A DNA stretch of 64,000 bases from assembly GCA_030765185.1 (NCBI GenBank), contig JAVCDE010000024.1, positions 379,538 through 443,537 on the forward strand. Reading direction: 5' to 3'. The notes beneath the pieces are model-generated. The model searched no databases, was not told the origin of the DNA, and saw nothing but the letters and a program-made list of their open reading frames with translations. The DNA is from Candidatus Aceula meridiana. GTDB lineage: Bacteria > Omnitrophota > Gorgyraeia > Zapsychrales > Aceulaceae. Numbering within the stretch: the stretch's first letter is position 1; every line of letters begins with the position of its first letter. The translations under genes were made by a program, and so were the position numbers. Below, one piece after another: positions 60,026-64,000 of this stretch.

Positions 60026-60493
60026 ATGAAAAAGGGTTCATTCTTTATCATCATCTGTTTTTTGTTTAGTCTTGCCGCTAGCGGCTGTGCAACAACCGGC
60101 TCACAAGCCAATATCGATAATCTTTCAAACCGAGTTCACATTCTTGAAGATACGCTTCGCAGTAAGGACCACGAAATCAATAAGCTAGAAAAACAAATCA
60201 ATACCCTCTCTCGAGATATCAGTGCAAAGGATAAAACCATCCGCGACTTAACACCAGCACCAAAACCAATTACAAAAACTGACGATCACCTCGGCGTGAT
60301 TCGCGTGGATGCAACTGTTGAAGATGTTCAAAATGCCCTTAAAAGTACAGGTTACTATAATGGAAATGTTGATGGAAAGCTTGGTCCTTTGACAATTAGT
60401 GCAATTGCAGATTTTCAAAAAGAAAATGGCCTTACCTCCGATAGCGTTGTCGGCAAGCAAACATGGGACAAGCTTAAAAGTTATCGCCCCTAA
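60026..60493 (+). CDS. Lipoprotein with coiled-coil segment and C-terminal peptidoglycan-binding (PG_binding_1-like) domain
   Basis: Start placed at the internal Met MKKGSFFIIICFLFSLAASGC (lipobox), preceded by an AGGAGG RBS; the ORF-track start is 59912. The C-terminus VEDVQNALKSTGYYNGNVDGKLGPLTISAIADFQKENGLTSDSVVGKQTWDKL is PG-binding-like. Confidence 0.6.
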   Translation: MKKGSFFIIICFLFSLAASGCATTGSQANIDNLSNRVHILEDTLRSKDHEINKLEKQINTLSRDISAKDKTIRDLTPAPKPITKTDDHLGVIRVDATVEDVQNALKSTGYYNGNVDGKLGPLTISAIADFQKENGLTSDSVVGKQTWDKLKSYRP

Positions 60494-60535
60494 CAGGCAT
60501 AACTTGTTTATTTTCAATAACTTTAGAGTGGAGTG

Positions 60536-60571
60536 AAAAACCCATAAATTCCAATAATTTATGGGTTTTTT
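60536..60571. terminator. Bidirectional rho-independent terminator (AAAAACCCATAAATT-CCAAT-AATTTATGGGTTTTTT) between convergent genes
   Basis: A perfect 12-bp stem flanked by an A-run and a T-run. Confidence 0.8.
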
Positions 60572-60664
60572 CTATATAATTCGAGATTCTTACTAAAAAG
60601 TGGAGCATTCTTCCATTCATCATAGCACTATTTTTAACTTAAAAATGACAAAAAATTAATAAAA

Positions 60665-61111
60665 CTATCGAATAAGGATAGCGTCTGGGTCCTCTAGAGG
60701 ACTTGATAAGTCAGAAGGTTTTGGAGGCAAAACTGGTGCAGGCGGACTTGAAGCCTCTGGCTTTTCACCTTTGATAACTTTGATTTCTTCTTTAAGCTCT
60801 TCAATAGTTGCAGTCACCTCATCAAAGCGTTTTCTCATTTCTTCAAAATGACGGGACATATATTCTTTTTGGCCTTCCACAATAATCTGAGCGCCTACCT
60901 TACGAAGTTTTGATCCTTTAGGAACAATAAGCTTGTATCCTCCTGTAACAGCAACAACCTCCATGCCTTCCGGAACATCTTGGGGAGAATACTCCTCATA
61001 CACTGGCTGTTTTTCCTCTGGAGCCTTCTGAGAAACATCTTGAGCACAAACGACTAAAGGTAAAAACCCAATAGTAACACTAACAAAAAAGGCAAAAAAC
61101 ATCTTTTTCAT
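60665..61111 (-). CDS. Secreted protein of unknown function (signal peptide, Pro-rich C-terminus)
   Basis: Signal peptide MKKMFFAFFVSVTIGFLPLVVCAQ. No recognisable domain. Confidence 0.5.
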   Translation of the reverse strand: MKKMFFAFFVSVTIGFLPLVVCAQDVSQKAPEEKQPVYEEYSPQDVPEGMEVVAVTGGYKLIVPKGSKLRKVGAQIIVEGQKEYMSRHFEEMRKRFDEVTATIEELKEEIKVIKGEKPEASSPPAPVLPPKPSDLSSPLEDPDAILIR

Positions 61112-61249
61112 AATTAAGGATCCCTAAAATATTTAAATTAAAAGTTAAAATAATTTAATATTATACTCTTTAGGAGAAATTTGTCCACATCTTCAAAGTG
61201 TCCCAAAATGTCTTGACTTAGGATACGAAACTCATTATTCTAATTCTTA

Positions 61250-62266
61250 ATGGAAACATCACCTCGTGAACACAGAGTCTTATTGTCTTGTCTCGTTATT
61301 CTGACTGCCATAGCTGTGGCTTTTTCTTTAGCCTGGTTGCGTCCTATGATGGTTCCTTTTGTTTTGGCAATCTTTGTTGTTTTGATGCTAACGCCAGCTA
61401 TTGATTTCCAAAGACGTTTTCTAAAAATCCCTCATCCTCTCGCTGTTTTGATTACCTTTTTCTTAGGCGTTATTATTGTCTTTGTATTCTACCTGCTCAT
61501 TTCAAGCTCAATTGTCCAAATCGCGCCTTATGTTGATTCCTATGACTCACGCATCAAAGATGTTTTAGGAAAACTTATGACAACGCTGCCCCTTGAAAAG
61601 CTTGGAATAGACGGGCAATCACTCCTAAGCCCTATTGTCGAAAATGCTACAAAGACAGCTGGCTTTGTGGTCAAAAGCATCCTCTCCGTTATACTGGGGA
61701 TTCTTTCGAGCACGGTCCTTGTTCTTATTTTTGTTTTATTCTTGCTTTTGGGAAGGCCTTCGCGTTCTCATCAGAACGAAACATGGCAAAAAGGTGAAGC
61801 AAAAATAAAACACTATATCTCGACTAAATTCTTCCTGTCTGTTTTCTTAGGAATTATGGTGGGTTCGATTTTAAAACTTTTAGGTGTTGATATGGCTTTG
61901 ATTTTTGGCGTAGCCGCGTTTATCTTAAATTTTATCCCTACCATAGGGCCGGTTATTGCAACACTCTTGCCCCTACCGGTTGTCATGTTTAATTCCAACA
62001 TATCGCTAGCAGCGGGGGTTTCCGCAATTGTAATCCCTGGCATCCTTCAGTTTATTTTTGGTAATGTTGTCGAACCAAAAATCCTAGGCGATTCTTTAGA
62101 TATTCATCCTGTCGTTGTCTTAATGGCGCTTATTTTTTGGGGAATGCTCTGGGGAATTCTCGGAATGTTTCTCGCCATCCCTTTAACAGCCGTTATAAAA
62201 CTCATCTTAGAAGAGTTTGACCAAACCAAGCCCATTGCCAATTTAATGGCTGGCCACCTCAGCTAA
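61250..62266 (+). CDS. AI-2E family transporter (UPF0118/PerM-YhhT-like)
   Basis: A 338-aa polytopic membrane protein with the family-typical arrangement. A TTGACT-N17-TATTCT promoter-like element ends 8 nt before the ATG. Confidence 0.65.
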   Translation: METSPREHRVLLSCLVILTAIAVAFSLAWLRPMMVPFVLAIFVVLMLTPAIDFQRRFLKIPHPLAVLITFFLGVIIVFVFYLLISSSIVQIAPYVDSYDSRIKDVLGKLMTTLPLEKLGIDGQSLLSPIVENATKTAGFVVKSILSVILGILSSTVLVLIFVLFLLLGRPSRSHQNETWQKGEAKIKHYISTKFFLSVFLGIMVGSILKLLGVDMALIFGVAAFILNFIPTIGPVIATLLPLPVVMFNSNISLAAGVSAIVIPGILQFIFGNVVEPKILGDSLDIHPVVVLMALIFWGMLWGILGMFLAIPLTAVIKLILEEFDQTKPIANLMAGHLS

Positions 62267-62338
62267 ACATCCACCCCTAAAACATACCATAACCCTAAGG
62301 CGATTTTTGTGCCCTTCTTTGATTCATTAAAAGATTCA

Positions 62339-63643
62339 TTAAAAATATCGTACAGCTAAATAAATTGTGCAGATAATAACAGACTGAAGCATAAAAAATA
62401 GACCGTATTTGAAAAAATGAAGAAAAGAGACATGATAGTTATTTTTCTTGCTAATACGCGCCATAACAATATTGGCGGAAGCGCCAATTAATGTTCCGTT
62501 TCCGCCTAAACACGCGCCTAATGCAAGCGCCCACCACAATGGCTGAACTGACTGCAAATGGATTGTGCCAGCAGCCACAGACCCTGATGCTTCTGAAAAA
62601 TGCGCAATAAAATGCTTAATAAGAGGGATCATTGTAATGACAAAAGGAATATTGTCAAGAATCGCTGAAAGCAAAGCCGAACCCCATAACACAATGATGC
62701 AAACTAAAAATAAATTCTTACCGGCCAAATGCAAAATTTTATATCCAATCCAGCCGATGACACCATTCACCTCCAACGCCGAAATAATCATAAACATTCC
62801 AATAAAAAAGAAAATAACACCCCACTCTACTTGTGCCAGGGAATCTTCGCTTTCAGAGCGGCACGCCAAGACCATTATCATGCTCCCACTTAAGGCGATT
62901 ATCCCGGGTTCTACCCCGATAATTTCATGCAGAAAAAATCCTAAAAAAATCAGCCCCATAACACAAAGAGAACGAATCATATTTTTTTTATCAACAATCG
63001 CTAAACGAGGAATTGCGTCTTTAACGCGCATTTTTATTCTTTCGGGAACATGAAATTTTTTTCTAAAAAGAACCCAGACTGTCATCAAAAAGACTGCAAA
63101 AACTATCAAAATAACAGGGCCCAAATGAATAAGAAAATCATTAAATGATAAATTCCCTTTTGATCCGATGACAATATTCGGAGGGTCTCCAATCAGCGTC
63201 GCCGCTCCCCCAATGTTCGAAACAATGGCCTCAAGCATAACAAACGGAATAGGCGAAATTTCAAGCAGCTGTGTAATTAAGATGGTGATAGGAACAAGAA
63301 GGATAATCGTTGTAACATTATCAAGAAAAGCAGAAAGTACCGCCGTAACCGAAAGCAGCAAAAGCAGAATAAAAAGTGGCTTTCCTTTGGAAAATTTTGC
63401 AACACTGATTGCAGTCCATTCAAAAAATCCTGTTTTAGCAAGAACATGGACGGAAGTCATCATCCCAATAAGCAGAAAAATAACATTAAAATCTACCGCA
63501 TCAACGGCCTGCTGGAAGGTGACTAATTTTAAAAAAAGAACAGCTGACGCCCCGAGAATAGCAACAGTGGTTTTGTTTACCTTCTCGGTTACAATAAAAA
63601 TATAAACGATAATAAATATCAATATCGACAAAAATGCAGCCAC
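62339..63643 (-). CDS. ArsB/NhaD-superfamily anion permease (possible arsenite efflux pump)
   Basis: The 434-aa product has ~12 TM helices and a LIGDPPN-type motif, giving a two-repeat topology typical of the ArsB/NhaD/CitMHS group. Confidence 0.55.
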   Translation of the reverse strand: MAAFLSILIFIIVYIFIVTEKVNKTTVAILGASAVLFLKLVTFQQAVDAVDFNVIFLLIGMMTSVHVLAKTGFFEWTAISVAKFSKGKPLFILLLLLSVTAVLSAFLDNVTTIILLVPITILITQLLEISPIPFVMLEAIVSNIGGAATLIGDPPNIVIGSKGNLSFNDFLIHLGPVILIVFAVFLMTVWVLFRKKFHVPERIKMRVKDAIPRLAIVDKKNMIRSLCVMGLIFLGFFLHEIIGVEPGIIALSGSMIMVLACRSESEDSLAQVEWGVIFFFIGMFMIISALEVNGVIGWIGYKILHLAGKNLFLVCIIVLWGSALLSAILDNIPFVITMIPLIKHFIAHFSEASGSVAAGTIHLQSVQPLWWALALGACLGGNGTLIGASANIVMARISKKNNYHVSFLHFFKYGLFFMLQSVIICTIYLAVRYF

Positions 63644-63662
63644 CGCTTAAAACCTTCCTCTC

Positions 63663-64000
63663 TTAAAAAAATAATATTTTATCAATAATGGTAAACCGGT
63701 CAATAACCCCTATCAAGGTCTTGTCCTCTCGAACAACAAACAGATGAGATCTTTTTTTGACGGTCATCTCAAAAATAATTTCAACCAAAGTTTTATCTTC
63801 AAATAAAACGTCAACATTCTTAATATACAAATCTTTTACTTTTAAATTCTTCCGAATATGAAAATACTTCTCAAAAGGATCGATATGCCGAACAAAAGAA
63901 ATAGTATTCAATTGCTTAAAAAAGTCCGGCATTCCGTATTGAAAAACCTCAAGACAAGACAACTCCCCGCAAAAACGGCGACAATCATCAACCACCGGCA
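63663..64000 (-). CDS. CBS-domain protein, C-terminal part (gene likely continues beyond window end)
   Basis: CBS pair pattern: VKDLYIKNVDVLFEDKTLVEII...HLFVVREDKTLIGVIDRFTII. Confidence 0.5.
   Translation of the reverse strand, partial: PVVDDCRRFCGELSCLEVFQYGMPDFFKQLNTISFVRHIDPFEKYFHIRKNLKVKDLYIKNVDVLFEDKTLVEIIFEMTVKKRSHLFVVREDKTLIGVIDRFTIIDKILFF

Noticed and set aside
1-64000. CRISPR arrays, transposases, integrases, prophage or toxin-antitoxin modules
   Set aside because: I saw no repeat-spacer periodicity and no DDE/tyrosine-recombinase/phage structural signatures in any ORF translation. The window looks like core chromosome apart from the giant gene and the arsenic/stress modules.

Overview
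This 64-kb window comes from a low-to-moderate GC diderm (LPS-producing) bacterium, and nearly every gene lies on the minus strand. I identified it by recognising protein motifs in the supplied ORF translations; no database searches were run.

The gene content, low GC and one giant gene resemble deep-branching uncultured lineages such as Omnitrophota or Elusimicrobia. That placement is inference only.

Most of the window is core genome:
- mcsB (partial), mcsA, ilvE, lolDC, lysS, lexA and msrAB.
- An LPS/outer-membrane cluster: lpxI, lpxA, an lpxC-fabZ fusion, lpxD, skp and bamA.
- dnaB, rplI, rpsR, ssb, rpsF, then pth, rplY, prs, glmU, tRNA-Gln, spoVG and ispE.
- A TPR protein and hisG.

The centre of the window is a single uninterrupted 14,352-nt ORF at 24399..38750 (4,783 aa), which I take to be the exciting system hinted at. 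The remaining notable features are:
- **Giant ORF.** It starts with an N-terminal signal anchor. Its N-terminal half carries a string of small-molecule enzyme domains: NagB/Pgl-like sugar-phosphate isomerase, SAM methyltransferase, HAD-like, two GNAT-like, a P-loop kinase-like domain and a second Rossmann-like domain. These are followed by a ~600-aa array of ~95-aa alpha-helical repeats and a C-terminal third I cannot assign.
- **Downstream core and repair genes.** These include a PpiD-like chaperone, tlpA, cutA, pgeF, a DNA-repair run (endoIII-like, dinB, DUF3830-like, rmuC), Smr, an ABC-F ATPase, rluB, rlmB, comEB, an aminotransferase and an SLC12-like cation-chloride cotransporter.
- **Envelope-stress module.** ECF sigma, anti-sigma and a Spy/CpxP-like gene, with two near-identical sigmaE-type promoters (GGAACTT/GAAACTT-N16-GTCTAA).
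- **Arsenic module.** arsP and arsC are preceded by a 48-aa peptide with three vicinal Cys-Cys pairs that is absent from the ORF track; an ArsB/NhaD-family permease lies nearby.
- **Other small features.**
  - An 8-bp inverted repeat, a candidate LexA operator, sits exactly in the spacer of the lexA promoter.
  - A 58-aa Cys-rich ORF lies upstream of lexA.
  - A 33-aa ultra-basic bS22-like ORF lies between the TPR protein and hisG.
  - SpoVG carries an inserted zinc-ribbon.
  - msrAB has a perfect 15-bp tandem duplication.

I found no CRISPR array, transposase or integrase.
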